Below, one piece after another: positions 45,934-55,482 of a stretch of DNA of 64,000 nucleotides. The stretch is from Eubacterium sp. (GTDB lineage: Bacteria; Bacillota; Clostridia; Lachnospirales; Lachnospiraceae), in contig JAFWIO010000055.1 in assembly GCA_017514785.1 (NCBI GenBank), forward strand, positions 18,311 through 82,310, given 5' to 3'. The stretch's first letter is position 1. Each line of letters starts with the position of its first letter. Position numbers and translations under genes: made by a program. A model generated the notes under the pieces. That model was given only the letters and a program-made list of their open reading frames with translations, was not told the origin of the DNA and did no database searches.

Positions 45934-47008
45934 AAATATAATCAGCAGACTGTTCTTGATACTCTTTAACGATATGTGGATTCTCGCAAAGAGTCTGTAA
46001 CTTAGCTCTTAAATCTTTTACATTTCCTTTTTGAAACGACAATGCTTTGTCACCAACCACTTCGGTACATTCGGGTATATCCGAAGTTAGACAGCAGTTT
46101 CTATAACTCATTGCCTCTAACAAACTAAGTGGCATTCCTTCCACATCTGATGGAAGCACGTACACATATGCATTATCATAAAGTTCTTTTCTAGTAACGC
46201 CTTGGACAAATCCTGTAAAGATAATTCTGTCATCATCGCCTGCCAATTCTTTTACAGCTTTTGCGTAGTCTTCAGTATCTGAAATACCTCCGGCTATCAC
46301 TAGTTTTTTATCTGTGTCTAGTTTCTTAAAAGCCTCTATCAAATATATCAAGCCCTTCTCAGGAACTATTCTACTTAGGTAAAGAATATAATCTTCTTTT
46401 TCCAAACCATACTCTCTTCTAATTTTGTCTGGTTTTCTTTCTCTATGTCTCTCTACTCCATTTGGAATCAATACAGTATCTCTGCCATATGTTTCTTTGA
46501 AGTAGTCTTGCATATTTTTGCTAAGAACAATTATTTCATCAGCTTTCTTCACGGCCATTTTTTCACCGCGTTTTATGTACCATGAAGCAAATCCACCCCA
46601 TTTAGATCTCTGCCAGTCTAGACCATGAATAGTTGCTATGCATCTTTTTCTAAATAGCTTTGGAATCCACATAACAGCACAAGGTCCCTCAGCATGGTAG
46701 TGAACTACATCATGTCTACCAACTGCTACTCTAAGAGACGCAACAAGAGAAGATGTCATAGCAGCTAGTCCCTTTTTATCAATAGTAAATACTCGTCTGA
46801 CTCTAACACCTTTGTAGTTGTCTACTCTTTTTCTATTATATTGTTTTCCACTTACATGACGGCCCTTTCTGTTATAACAAGTAACGTCGTATCCTCTCTC
46901 CACTAAACGCACAGAGATTTTCTCCACTACTCGCTCCACGCCACCTTCTCTAGAAGGTATGCGCTTGTGGCCAATCATTGCAATCTTTTTCTTTAATGAT
47001 TTAGACAA
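45872..47008 (-). CDS. Glycosyltransferase family 4
   Basis: GGVE, HGLDW, LSRIVPEKG, PSDVEGMPLSLLEA. Confidence 0.9.
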   Translation of the reverse strand: MSKSLKKKIAMIGHKRIPSREGGVERVVEKISVRLVERGYDVTCYNRKGRHVSGKQYNRKRVDNYKGVRVRRVFTIDKKGLAAMTSSLVASLRVAVGRHDVVHYHAEGPCAVMWIPKLFRKRCIATIHGLDWQRSKWGGFASWYIKRGEKMAVKKADEIIVLSKNMQDYFKETYGRDTVLIPNGVERHRERKPDKIRREYGLEKEDYILYLSRIVPEKGLIYLIEAFKKLDTDKKLVIAGGISDTEDYAKAVKELAGDDDRIIFTGFVQGVTRKELYDNAYVYVLPSDVEGMPLSLLEAMSYRNCCLTSDIPECTEVVGDKALSFQKGNVKDLRAKLQTLCENPHIVKEYQEQSADYICEKYNWEYVVDETTKLYEEN

Positions 47009-47031
47009 ATAATTGTTCCCCTATTCCTCAA

Positions 47032-47760
47032 TTATTTTTGGTCTTCTATAACTTCCTCGTTCTTCGTCTTTCCGTAACCGTAACCGTATCCATAGCCGTA
47101 ACCATAGTATTTGCCATATTTCTTCTTTGACTTTGGAACACGGTTAAGAACTGTTCCAAGTAATTTACAGCCAACTCTATCTAACTGAGCTACTGCCTGT
47201 TTTACAATCTTCTTTGAAGCATATCCACTTCTGATTACCATTACCGCTCCATCACACATTGACGCGATAAGTGAGCCGTCTGCCACGTTGTCTAGTGGTG
47301 GTGAATCTATAATCACATATTCAAAGTCTTCTGATACTTTGTCTAGTAGTTCTTTGAACTTTGGATCTTCTAGAAGAATAGTTGGATTTTCTAATGCATT
47401 GGTACATGGAATAAAGTATCCGTTCTCAATGTTAGTTCCATAAACTACATCTTCGTAAGTAGCATTTCCTGATAGGTAATAGTCCATACCCTTTACTTCT
47501 TCGTTGCTCTTTACTTTGTATCTATTAGTAGCTGTAGCTTTTCTTAAGTCTAGATCAATAAATGCTGCCTTGAATCCAGCCTCAGCTAACATTTTCCAAA
47601 GGTAGATTGATATGAAACTCTTTCCTTCATTTGGAACTGTACTAGTGATAAGTATTTTCTTTGTACTCTCACCTGTGAACTTTACATTTATTCTTAATCT
47701 ATTTAGCGCCTCTTCTAATGAATATGGAAGGTCAACTAGTTCTATATTTACATTTTTCAT
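47032..47760 (-). CDS. cpsD: CpsD/CapB family tyrosine kinase
   Basis: PNEGKS Walker A, DLDLR, IIDSPP, C-terminal YGYGYG tyrosine cluster. Confidence 0.9.
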   Translation of the reverse strand: MKNVNIELVDLPYSLEEALNRLRINVKFTGESTKKILITSTVPNEGKSFISIYLWKMLAEAGFKAAFIDLDLRKATATNRYKVKSNEEVKGMDYYLSGNATYEDVVYGTNIENGYFIPCTNALENPTILLEDPKFKELLDKVSEDFEYVIIDSPPLDNVADGSLIASMCDGAVMVIRSGYASKKIVKQAVAQLDRVGCKLLGTVLNRVPKSKKKYGKYYGYGYGYGYGYGKTKNEEVIEDQK

Positions 47761-48548
47761 TATTTTGCCCTCCTAGTTCCTTTTTTCTTTTCATCGTCCT
47801 CTATGAAAATATCATTTTCTGGAATAACTGTAAGTGGTGCGAAACCAAATTCACTTTCGATGTCTTCTGCTGTCTTTAATGTATCATCCAATAAGAACCT
47901 AATAATTAGAATGATTATATAGATACCTGCAAATAAAATTCCTCCTATCAACAAGTATTTTATATAGCTTGGTCCAACTTTTTTCTCTTCTAATTTTCCA
48001 CGTTGAACAATATTGGGTTTTGAAGTACTCATTGCTCTTGGCAAGTAAGTTCTTAGCGACTCTAACAATGTATTCGTAATCTTTTGCGCTAATTTTGGAT
48101 CATTAGCTGTGGTGGTGATTCTAAGAACTCTAGTATCAGTTGGATTTTCAATACTAATCATATTGGATAATTGATCTGACGTTAAATCAAGTTGAAGTTT
48201 ATCTATCACTTCCTCCATTACCGGATAACTAAATATTAGTTCTTCATAATCCTTTGTTAATGCTGCTCCTATGTTAAGATCTGCAATATTAATCACTGCA
48301 TCATCTGATGCTGATACAGCATATAACTTAGCTGTTGATTGGTACGTTGGATGTTTCATTGTGTAAGCATAAACGCTAAATAACAACGCTCCCACCAAAA
48401 AGCATAGAATTATGTAGTGAATACGACCTAACAACATGCTAAATAGTTTTCCAAAATCTATTACATTGTCATCCACAGTACTTTCAGAGGATACAACAAT
48501 ATAATCATTGACATTTTGTTCCTTTTGTTTCTTTTCCTTACTTGTCAT
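47760..48548 (-). CDS. cpsC: Chain-length determinant / polysaccharide co-polymerase
   Basis: Two TM segments, P.YQSTA, DDTLKTAEDIE. Confidence 0.85.
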   Translation of the reverse strand: MTSKEKKQKEQNVNDYIVVSSESTVDDNVIDFGKLFSMLLGRIHYIILCFLVGALLFSVYAYTMKHPTYQSTAKLYAVSASDDAVINIADLNIGAALTKDYEELIFSYPVMEEVIDKLQLDLTSDQLSNMISIENPTDTRVLRITTTANDPKLAQKITNTLLESLRTYLPRAMSTSKPNIVQRGKLEEKKVGPSYIKYLLIGGILFAGIYIIILIIRFLLDDTLKTAEDIESEFGFAPLTVIPENDIFIEDDEKKKGTRRAK

Positions 48549-48578
48549 TACTCATATCTCCTTATAATTATTTGAGAT

Positions 48579-49667
48579 TTATTTGCGGTTTTTTTCTGAA
48601 TCTACTTCATCGTAGAATAGTTTTCTTACCACTTCATTTAGGCTGTCTTTGTTTGGATAGAATGCGTTGAATCCATAGTCATCTTTTTTGCTCTTTCCTT
48701 TTATTTCAAAAGTACCTAAATATTTATTTTTAAGAACTGCTTTTGTGATTTTACTAGAATCACTTCCAGACATTGAAGTAATCATATATCCGTCTAGGTC
48801 TCTGTATACCTCGATTGGGAACTTAGGGTTTTTATCTGTTTTTTCACCCACTAGTTTCTTCAAGCCCTTCATGTACTCGTTTTGTCTGCGCATTCTGCAT
48901 TCATTCGAGCCATCGCCCACATTCATTCTGTCGTGTACATAATGCTGTGCTTGGTCGTCGCTTAGTTTAATAGTCTTACCCTTCTTCAAAGACTTGTCTG
49001 AATCTGAGAAGTCGTCTTTTATCTTTACTGTAACACCACCCACTGCATTGTTTATTACTTTGATAGCGTCTTGACTTAGCGCAGTATAATCATCAATGTA
49101 TTGATCGTGCAGCAACTCTGAAACGGCTTTCATCGTGTTCTCACAAGATCTTTCTTTGCCGTCGGCTACTTCATACGCCAGTGACAACTGAATGTCCGTA
49201 GTTGCCAAGTAGTTTCCGTTTTCATCCAGTGAATCTACAGCAGTGATCGTGTCTCTGTCTATTGGAAGAAGCGCGTATGTGTTTTTTTCCCTATCTATAA
49301 CTAGAAGAGTTATAACGTCGGCACGGCCAGGATTGTAAGTGTCCTTTTCATCTGCCTTCTTTGTTGTTTCTCTTGCGCCGTAGATTTTTTCTTCTGTAGT
49401 TGGCTGCGTAGTTTCTGCTGTCAATTTGCCCTTCACATCGGTACCTATTAGTAGGTATGTTTCGATGTTAGGCTTAGGGACACAATTTACTCCACCTATC
49501 TTTACGATTTTGTCGGTTCTGTTATTTTTCGTGGTATCCTCTGGCTCACCTATAAAGATGATAGCCAAGATTCCCACTATACAGATAACCGCAAAGATAC
49601 TTAGGTAGATAACAGCGCTCTTTTGTTGTTTTATAGTTTCTCTAAAACCTTTTCTACCTTCGCTCAT
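48579..49667 (-). CDS. LCP (LytR-CpsA-Psr) family protein
   Basis: TM anchor, YLLIGTD, GRAD, IDRDT, VGGVTV, R..RQ. Confidence 0.88.
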   Translation of the reverse strand: MSEGRKGFRETIKQQKSAVIYLSIFAVICIVGILAIIFIGEPEDTTKNNRTDKIVKIGGVNCVPKPNIETYLLIGTDVKGKLTAETTQPTTEEKIYGARETTKKADEKDTYNPGRADVITLLVIDREKNTYALLPIDRDTITAVDSLDENGNYLATTDIQLSLAYEVADGKERSCENTMKAVSELLHDQYIDDYTALSQDAIKVINNAVGGVTVKIKDDFSDSDKSLKKGKTIKLSDDQAQHYVHDRMNVGDGSNECRMRRQNEYMKGLKKLVGEKTDKNPKFPIEVYRDLDGYMITSMSGSDSSKITKAVLKNKYLGTFEIKGKSKKDDYGFNAFYPNKDSLNEVVRKLFYDEVDSEKNRK

Positions 49668-49677
49668 GTTTTACCTC

Positions 49678-49806
49678 TTACTTTAATGTGGCTAATCCGT
49701 GAATTAGATTATAGCCTGCTTCAGGATATTTCTTTTCTAATACTACTAGTACTGCTAATAGGAAAAAGCAGATGATTGATAGTATTATTGCTGTTTTTTT
49801 AGACAT
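49678..49806 (-). CDS. 42-aa small membrane peptide (MSKKTAIILSIICFFLLAVLVVLEKKYPEAGYNLIHGLATLK)
   Basis: Manual translation; AGGAG RBS; one TM helix; stop 10 nt before the LCP start. Confidence 0.6.
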   Translation of the reverse strand: MSKKTAIILSIICFFLLAVLVVLEKKYPEAGYNLIHGLATLK

Positions 49807-50060
49807 GTTGTTTCTCCTAATCATTTAAAGTTTGATGGGTATTTTTGCGCACAAAAAGTCTGTGGGCGCAATAACCCATACTCCGTTAAATTATATCATA
49901 ATCGTAACAATTTTACTATCTAATGTGGCCGTTATTTTTCGTATAAGTGCGCTTTTTTATGTGGTTTTTTGTGGTTATTTGTCAATTGTCAGTTTTTTCA
50001 TAAATCTGGTGTCATTGTGTTATAATTAGTATGATTTATTTAAAGATTTAGAGGTTTATT

Positions 50061-50930
50061 ATGTGGATTGCAGATAATTGGAAAGACTATGAAGTGCTAG
50101 ACACATCCTCTGGCGAAAAGCTTGAACGCTGGGGCGATTTCTTCTTGGTGCGCCCAGATCCTCAAGTGATTTGGAACACTGAAAAGAAGGACTATAGATG
50201 GCACAACCCTAACGGCCACTACTACCGCTCAAACAAAGGCGGCGGCGAATGGGAATTTAATAATTTGCCTGAAGTTTGGCAGATAAACTATGGAGATTTG
50301 GTATTTAACTTAAAGCCTTTTAGTTTTAAACATACTGGATTGTTTCCTGAGCAGGCTGTGAATTGGGATTGGTTTAGAGGATTGATTCGAGAGGCTAAGG
50401 CTTCTAAGGATGAGATTAAGGTTTTGAACTTGTTTGCATACACCGGCGGTGCTACTCTAGCTGCTCTAAACGCTGGAGCACACGTTACACATGTGGATGC
50501 GTCAAAGGGTATGGTAACTTGGGCTAAGGAGAATGCGGTATCTTCCGGTTTGGCTGATAGACCACTAAGATGGCTAGTGGATGATTGTGTTAAGTTTGTC
50601 GAGCGAGAAATTAGACGCGGAAACAAATACGATGCTATCATTATGGATCCACCATCATACGGCCGCGGTCCTAAAGGTGAGATTTGGAAGATTGAGGAAA
50701 GTATTTTCCCATTTATCGAAAAATGTTCTCAATTGTTAAATGATGATCCACTATTCTTCTTGGTAAACTCTTACACTACTGGACTTCAACCAGCTGTTCT
50801 AAGTTATATGATAAATATGGCTGTTGGTAGCAAGTTTGGTGGTAAGGTTGAGGCTGATGAGATAGGCCTTCCGGTTAGTTCTAATGGGCTAGTATTGCCG
50901 TGTGGAGCTAGCGGAAGATGGAGTAAATAA
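50061..50930 (+). CDS. Class I SAM-dependent methyltransferase (RlmI/RlmK-related)
   Basis: KHTGLFPEQ, VLNLFAYTG, VDAS, IIMDPPSYG. Confidence 0.85.
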   Translation: MWIADNWKDYEVLDTSSGEKLERWGDFFLVRPDPQVIWNTEKKDYRWHNPNGHYYRSNKGGGEWEFNNLPEVWQINYGDLVFNLKPFSFKHTGLFPEQAVNWDWFRGLIREAKASKDEIKVLNLFAYTGGATLAALNAGAHVTHVDASKGMVTWAKENAVSSGLADRPLRWLVDDCVKFVEREIRRGNKYDAIIMDPPSYGRGPKGEIWKIEESIFPFIEKCSQLLNDDPLFFLVNSYTTGLQPAVLSYMINMAVGSKFGGKVEADEIGLPVSSNGLVLPCGASGRWSK

Positions 50931-50960
50931 AAAATGTGTGACCTTTTGGTCACACATTTT
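50931..50960. terminator. Bidirectional terminator between convergent genes
   Basis: AAAATGTGTGACC-tttt-GGTCACACATTTT. Confidence 0.85.
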
Positions 50961-50974
50961 CTTTTTACTTCCTT

Positions 50975-51622
50975 TTATACGTTTTCTAATGTTACTTCGC
51001 TTAACTCAAATCCCTCATCATTTATATCCTTACAAATCGATACGATATACTTATCATTCATCTTAAACTGAGTGCATTTGAACTCTGTCTGATTTCTGAT
51101 TACTGGACCTTCTGGTCTAAACACTATCTCAAATGAGTTTAGCGGTTTTCTAAGTCCCATTCCTATATTTTTAAGATAGGCTTCCTTTAGTGTCCACACT
51201 TCACAAAACCTTTGATGTCTTTCTTCGTCGTTGGCGCCTGCGTTTATATATGCACATTCACCTTGCAAGAAGTTCTTCTCTGCTATTCTGTGCTTGTCTG
51301 CTTTTTTCTTTTGGATATCGATTCCAATCTCGTAGTCTGAAACTGCTGCTACCACATATCTTCCTGAATGCGATAAGTTAAACTTTAAATCAGAATTTAC
51401 AAAGTATGGTTTGCCGTGCTTGTCTGTAGCTACGTCTGAGTCCACAAAGTACTTTGTCTTTATAAAGTTTATCATTAGTCCAGATCCCATAAGTCTAAGC
51501 TTGTCTGCTGTGGACTGGCTTTTTTCAATTCTCTCTAATCTGCCTTCTGTTATGTTTTCAATCTGTGAATTAAATATTGCCTTGTTTCTTAAAGGCTCAA
51601 TGTCAAAATAGTATACTTCCAT
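50975..51622 (-). CDS. Sfp-type 4'-phosphopantetheinyl transferase
   Basis: HGKP..FNLSHSG..IGIDIQ..WTLKEAYLK..G.GL. Confidence 0.9.
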   Translation of the reverse strand: MEVYYFDIEPLRNKAIFNSQIENITEGRLERIEKSQSTADKLRLMGSGLMINFIKTKYFVDSDVATDKHGKPYFVNSDLKFNLSHSGRYVVAAVSDYEIGIDIQKKKADKHRIAEKNFLQGECAYINAGANDEERHQRFCEVWTLKEAYLKNIGMGLRKPLNSFEIVFRPEGPVIRNQTEFKCTQFKMNDKYIVSICKDINDEGFELSEVTLENV

Positions 51623-51684
51623 CTTTCCTCACGTTTCTCCTAAATTATATGTCACATATTTGTATTTCAAATATCACTTATTTT

Positions 51685-53256
51685 TTATAAATGCTTCTTC
51701 ATCGTATTAATTCCCAATGCTCTCTTACCCTGAAGTCTTGTTCCAGAGAATATACTTGAGAACAATACTAGTAGTGGGAATATCTCAAGACGTCCTACTA
51801 ACATGTCAAACATCAGAACAATCTTTGATATTGTTCCGTAACATGTAAAGTCTGTTGCCACGCTGTCAAAACCTGGTCCGATGTTGTTTAGCGTAGCCAT
51901 AACCGCCGAAAGATTTGTCGTAACCGAATGTCCATCTATACTTACAATCAAAACTGACACGATAAGGATTGCTACATACGCACCCAAATATGCCATTGTT
52001 CTTTTTATGATGTCGTTTGCCACACTCTTCTTGTTCATTTTTACCTTTGAAACAAGTCTAGGATGTGTGATGTTTACAATCTCGTTTTTAACTGACTTCA
52101 ACACGATGATTAAACGTGACATTTTGAATCCACCGCCGGTAGATCCCGCACACGCGCCGATGCCCATCAATACAAGTAGTATTCCTTTTGTGAGTGCTGG
52201 CCATGCATTAAAGTCGGCTACCGTTCCATAACCTGTTGTGGATGAAATGGATGCCACCTGGAATGCCGACTGCTGAATTGCTTCGCCCCAGCCGCTAAAC
52301 AATGCTCTTCCATTTATTGTAAGAATCACTATCGCCCCTATCAACAGTACGAAGTACCATCTGAGTTCTTCGTCGAAGAAAACTAATTTCGGCTTTCTTA
52401 TTAGTAGCAAGTAATACATCGTAAAGTTTAGTGAGCACAAAATCATAAATACTGTGATTATGATCTGCACCGCCGTCGAATAACTTCCTATACTTGTTCC
52501 GAGCAAGGCAAATCCACCAGTACCCACCGTACCGAATGTAAGTGTGGATGATTCAAATGGTGTAAGTCCTGCTATGATGAGTGCAATCATCTCGATAAAT
52601 GTGATTGCGATATATATCAAATAAAGTGTTTTCGCTGTGTTCTTTGCCTTCGGCAAAAATTTGCCAACTGTAGGTCCTGGAGATTCCGCCTTCATCATAT
52701 GAATACTTGAGCTTGCGCCCAGCGGCAAAATCGCCATGATAAATACTAGCACTCCCATTCCACCTACCCAGTGTGTGAATGAACGCCAGAATAATGTGGC
52801 GTGCGATATTGTGTGGAAGTTGCCGGCGCCTTTGACGATGGCATCTGTCAGTACTTCCTTGCCCTCAATGCCTATTCGCGCTGCGTTTGCAGTCAATACA
52901 TCTGGATGTATGATACTAGATCCAGTTGTGGTGAACCCCGAGATAGTCTCGAACAATGCGTTGAAGTAATATGGAATTGCGCCTGTTAGTACGAATGGGA
53001 CTGCTCCCACAAGACTGAGCACAATCCAGCCAAGTGATACCGAAACAAATCCTTCTTTTGCAAAGAATGCTTCGCTCTTTGGCTTCTTGATTTTACCAAG
53101 CATACCTATGACAAATACAACTGCTGCTAGTCCCAAATAGATTAGCGCATCTTTTGTCTCGCCATAATAAAACCCTACCATGGCAGGAAGGGTTAAAAAT
53201 GCTCCTTCGAAGCACAATACATATGCAAGTAAATATCTAATCATTGATATATTCAT
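51685..53256 (-). CDS. trkH: TrkH family potassium uptake membrane protein
   Basis: FETISGFTTTG, W.GGMG, TTGY, GSTGGG.K, LNNIGPG, GRLEIFP. Confidence 0.92.
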   Translation of the reverse strand: MNISMIRYLLAYVLCFEGAFLTLPAMVGFYYGETKDALIYLGLAAVVFVIGMLGKIKKPKSEAFFAKEGFVSVSLGWIVLSLVGAVPFVLTGAIPYYFNALFETISGFTTTGSSIIHPDVLTANAARIGIEGKEVLTDAIVKGAGNFHTISHATLFWRSFTHWVGGMGVLVFIMAILPLGASSSIHMMKAESPGPTVGKFLPKAKNTAKTLYLIYIAITFIEMIALIIAGLTPFESSTLTFGTVGTGGFALLGTSIGSYSTAVQIIITVFMILCSLNFTMYYLLLIRKPKLVFFDEELRWYFVLLIGAIVILTINGRALFSGWGEAIQQSAFQVASISSTTGYGTVADFNAWPALTKGILLVLMGIGACAGSTGGGFKMSRLIIVLKSVKNEIVNITHPRLVSKVKMNKKSVANDIIKRTMAYLGAYVAILIVSVLIVSIDGHSVTTNLSAVMATLNNIGPGFDSVATDFTCYGTISKIVLMFDMLVGRLEIFPLLVLFSSIFSGTRLQGKRALGINTMKKHL

Positions 53257-53301
53257 AATATCTCCAGTTCAAATATGTGATATCTATAGTTTTTTGTGTA
53301 A

Positions 53302-54687
53302 CTATTTTGCAATGTCATGCACGTCGTGAAGACCTTTTTCTGTAGTTAGTACTACTATTTTGTCTCCAGCGTGAATAAATGTTGAACCTGTTGCGATAGC
53401 TGATTTGTTATCGTGAGTTACGCAACCAATGATAACGCCCTTCTTAACTTTGATTTCGCTAAGTGGCTTGTCGATATACTTCGCATCCTCTGGCACTTCA
53501 AACTCGATAGCTTCCACTCTATTGTCGTTAAGCTGATATAGAGAAAGGATTCCGCTATCGTTTTGCATCTGGCTACGAACGAATCTTAAGATTCTTTCTG
53601 CGATAATATATTTTGGATAAACCACACTACCTATATCTAGGCTGTCGATAATTTTGTCGAACGCTGTGCGGTGAATTCTTGTAATAACCTTACAATCTGA
53701 AACTTCTTTTGCATAGAGCGCAAGCATAACGTTTTCTTCGTCGAAGCTTGTGTTTGAGATAAATGCATCCACATCCTCTATGCCCTCTTCCACTAAGAGG
53801 TTCTTATCCGTAGCATCGCCCTGGATGATTGTTGCTCCATCTAAAATGTCACTTAACTTTTCACATCTTGCAGGGTCTTGCTCTATAATTTTTACTTCAA
53901 CGCCCATCGACATCAAAATTCTTGATAGGTAAACTGTTGTACGTCCACCACCGATAAGCATAGCATTTGACGCGCCACTCACTGAGAAGCCTAGGCTCTT
54001 GAAAAATTCATGAGCAACATCAATACTTGCAAGTACCGAAATGATATCGCCCTCTTCCATCTTGAAATCTCCGCCAGGGATCAAAACTTCGTCGTTTCTC
54101 TCCACAACTGGAACCAAAATTTCTGAATGGAACTTTTCGCCGAACTCTTTCATTGTCATATCATTAAGTGGACTTTGTTCGGTCAATTTATATGAAATAA
54201 TTTCAGCCCTACTCTTAGGGAAAATATCTACGTTAAGCGCCAGCGGCAAATTAAGAAGCGCTGCCATTTCTCTAGCTGATGCTGCGTGTGGATTGATAAC
54301 CATTGTAAGACCAAGTGTAGACTTGATAAGTCCAATCTCTCTGCCATACTCTGGGTTACCTACTCTTGCGATTAGGTTTTTGACGCCCCTACTCTTTGCA
54401 ATAAGACATGCGAGCAAGTTCATCTCGTCGTTTCCTGTGACAGCAATAAAAAGATCACAGTCATCAATGTTTGCTTCCTCTAGCACGTTAATACTTGAGC
54501 CTGTTCCCACTACGCCGTATACGTCAAAGGAATCGGAAATCTCTTCCACTATTTTGGCGTTTGTGTCGATAACTGTTATCTTATGTTCTTCTTGACTTAG
54601 TTGTTCTGCTAATGTGCCACCTACGTTGCCACATCCAGCAATAATAATATTCATATTTGTCTCGCGCGTCTTAAAATTTGGGCGCAC
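53302..54687 (-). CDS. trkA: Trk system potassium transporter TrkA
   Basis: Two RCK units, IAGCGNVG and IGGGRT, GDAT. Confidence 0.92.
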   Translation of the reverse strand: MRPNFKTRETNMNIIIAGCGNVGGTLAEQLSQEEHKITVIDTNAKIVEEISDSFDVYGVVGTGSSINVLEEANIDDCDLFIAVTGNDEMNLLACLIAKSRGVKNLIARVGNPEYGREIGLIKSTLGLTMVINPHAASAREMAALLNLPLALNVDIFPKSRAEIISYKLTEQSPLNDMTMKEFGEKFHSEILVPVVERNDEVLIPGGDFKMEEGDIISVLASIDVAHEFFKSLGFSVSGASNAMLIGGGRTTVYLSRILMSMGVEVKIIEQDPARCEKLSDILDGATIIQGDATDKNLLVEEGIEDVDAFISNTSFDEENVMLALYAKEVSDCKVITRIHRTAFDKIIDSLDIGSVVYPKYIIAERILRFVRSQMQNDSGILSLYQLNDNRVEAIEFEVPEDAKYIDKPLSEIKVKKGVIIGCVTHDNKSAIATGSTFIHAGDKIVVLTTEKGLHDVHDIAK

Positions 54688-54805
54688 ATGCCTCCTAAAA
54701 CAAGTATTATTTTCGCCCTATTATTATACAACTTATTAGGTTTTTAGCAATATTTTTGGATGTTTTTGTTTTTCAATATTTTGGGGTGGTTTTTGGCAAT
54801 TTTAC

Positions 54806-54835
54806 TTGTCATTTTTCAGAAAATATATGTATAAT
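54806..54835 (+). promoter_or_regulatory. Sigma-A-like promoter of mscL
   Basis: TTGTCA-N18-TATAAT upstream of an AAGGAG RBS. Confidence 0.5.
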
Positions 54836-54882
54836 ATTATTAGCGTAAAGTAACGGTATAATTTAATAAAGGAGATTTTACT

Positions 54883-55260
54883 ATGTTAAAAGAATTTAAA
54901 GAGTTTGCCCTAAAGGGTAACATGATGGACTTGGCAGTTGGTGTAATCATTGGCGGGGCTTTTAAAGATGTGGTTACTTCATTGGTAGATAACGTAATCA
55001 TGCCATTCGTTGCAATGTTTACAGGAAAGCTTAATTTTGATAAATGGGTTATTCCTGGCACTGCTATTAAGTATGGAACATTTATCTCTGCAGTAATCAA
55101 CTTTATCATTATGGCATTCATCATCTTCTTGATGATTAAGGCTATGAACAAGCTTCGCAGAAAAGACGAAGAGGTTACTACAAAGGTATGTCCTCATTGT
55201 AAGTCAGAGATCGACATCGAAGCTACTAAGTGTCCACACTGTACAAGTGATGTTCAGTAA
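54883..55260 (+). CDS. mscL: Large-conductance mechanosensitive channel with C-terminal double zinc ribbon
   Basis: [34 protein letters not shown]; CPHC..CPHC tail. Confidence 0.93.
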   Translation: MLKEFKEFALKGNMMDLAVGVIIGGAFKDVVTSLVDNVIMPFVAMFTGKLNFDKWVIPGTAIKYGTFISAVINFIIMAFIIFLMIKAMNKLRRKDEEVTTKVCPHCKSEIDIEATKCPHCTSDVQ

Positions 55261-55270
55261 AAACAATTTT

Positions 55271-55305
55271 GACTCAGGCGAAATGATTCGTCTGAGTCTT
55301 TTTTT
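55271..55305 (+). terminator. Rho-independent terminator after mscL
   Basis: GACTCAGGCGAA-atga-TTCGTCTGAGTC-TTTTTTT. Confidence 0.85.
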
Positions 55306-55435
55306 ATGCCATTCTGCTATATTTTTAACAAACAAAATACGAATGCGTTTCAAAAAAATGAGTACTTTTACTTTTCTTGCTTTTATATATAATAAAGGTA
55401 CAAAGGTTTTCGAAATAAACCTAACTTCCTCACAC

Positions 55436-55478
55436 AAAAGAAATGCACTTGGTTAACCCCAAGTGCATTTCTTTTTTT
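55436..55478 (-). terminator. Terminator of the acyltransferase/GT8 operon
   Basis: AAAAGAAATGCACTTGG-ttaacc-CCAAGTGCATTTCTTTT. Confidence 0.8.
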
Positions 55479-55482
55479 ATGT

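Noticed and set aside
47070-47112. ccgtaa/ccatag hexamer repeats
   Set aside because: Encode the normal YG tyrosine cluster of CpsD.
50975-51622. Sfp PPTase as a sign of an NRPS/PKS cluster
   Set aside because: No carrier-protein or synthase genes in the window; sits among housekeeping genes.
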